Assembly (NCBI RefSeq): GCF_002113885.1
Contig: NW_018408877.1
Coordinates: 124,001-188,000 of the forward strand
Direction of reading: 5' to 3'
DNA from: Mizuhopecten yessoensis
Lineage: Eukaryota
DNA length: 64,000 bases
Positions 63,640-64,000 of this stretch are shown here, piece by piece; position 1 is the first letter of the stretch; each line of letters starts with the position of its first letter. The notes below the pieces were generated by a model. It was given only the letters and a program-made list of their open reading frames with translations. It had not been told where the DNA came from and did no database searches. The translations under genes and the position numbers were made by a program.

Positions 63640-64000
63640 AACTATGATGTACTCCAGTTGCACTAAACTATATAGAAAAGTAAACTATGATGTACGTCAG
63701 TAGCACTGAACTATGTACAAAAAAAACTATGATGAACGCCAGTAGCACTAAACTATATAGAAAAGTAAACTATGATGTACGCCAGGAGCACTGAATTATA
63801 GAGGAAAAAAACCACTATGATGTACGCCAGTAGCACAATACTATATAGAAAAGTAAACTATGATGTAAAATATATAGAAAAGTAAACTATGATGTACGCC
63901 AGTAGCACTAAACTATAAAGAAGAGTAAACTATGATGTACGTCAGTAGCACTAAACTTTATAGAAAAGTAAACTATGCTGTACGCCAGTAGCACTGAACT
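63640..64000. repeat. Minisatellite, ~43-bp unit, continues past the window end
   Basis: Unit aaactatgatgtacgccagtagcactaaactatatagaaaagt. Confidence 0.92.

Noticed and set aside
20731-64000. Tandem arrays as CRISPR-like repeat-spacer systems
   Set aside because: Units are contiguous with no unique spacers, there are no cas-like ORFs, and the context is eukaryotic.

Overview
Eukaryotic, AT-rich, intron-containing animal DNA. The repeat families suggest a bivalve mollusc, possibly a scallop (inference). Two protein-coding genes lie tail-to-tail. On + are the last two exons of TOE1 (288-474, 1631-2179). On - is a complete 7-exon midnolin (MIDN) gene (43479 to 14305; 1272-nt CDS, 423 aa) with Ubl, split Catch and C-terminal helix regions, a 25.3-kb first intron and a CRE-rich upstream region. 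The rest is non-coding: Helentron/HINE-type elements with internal ~157-bp arrays, tRNA-derived SINEs, MITEs, about 12 minisatellite arrays, two N-gaps and a decayed triplicated coding relic (53.4-55.7 kb). The most unusual items are a miniature LTR element whose LTRs carry tRNA-like Pol III promoters (44877-45222) and a SINE with a potentially pseudoknotted 5' leader (55924-55999). The 5' end of a second copy of that SINE appears to have seeded a minisatellite. No CRISPR arrays, rRNA genes or intact tRNA genes were seen. Most listed ORFs are artefacts of repeats or gaps.
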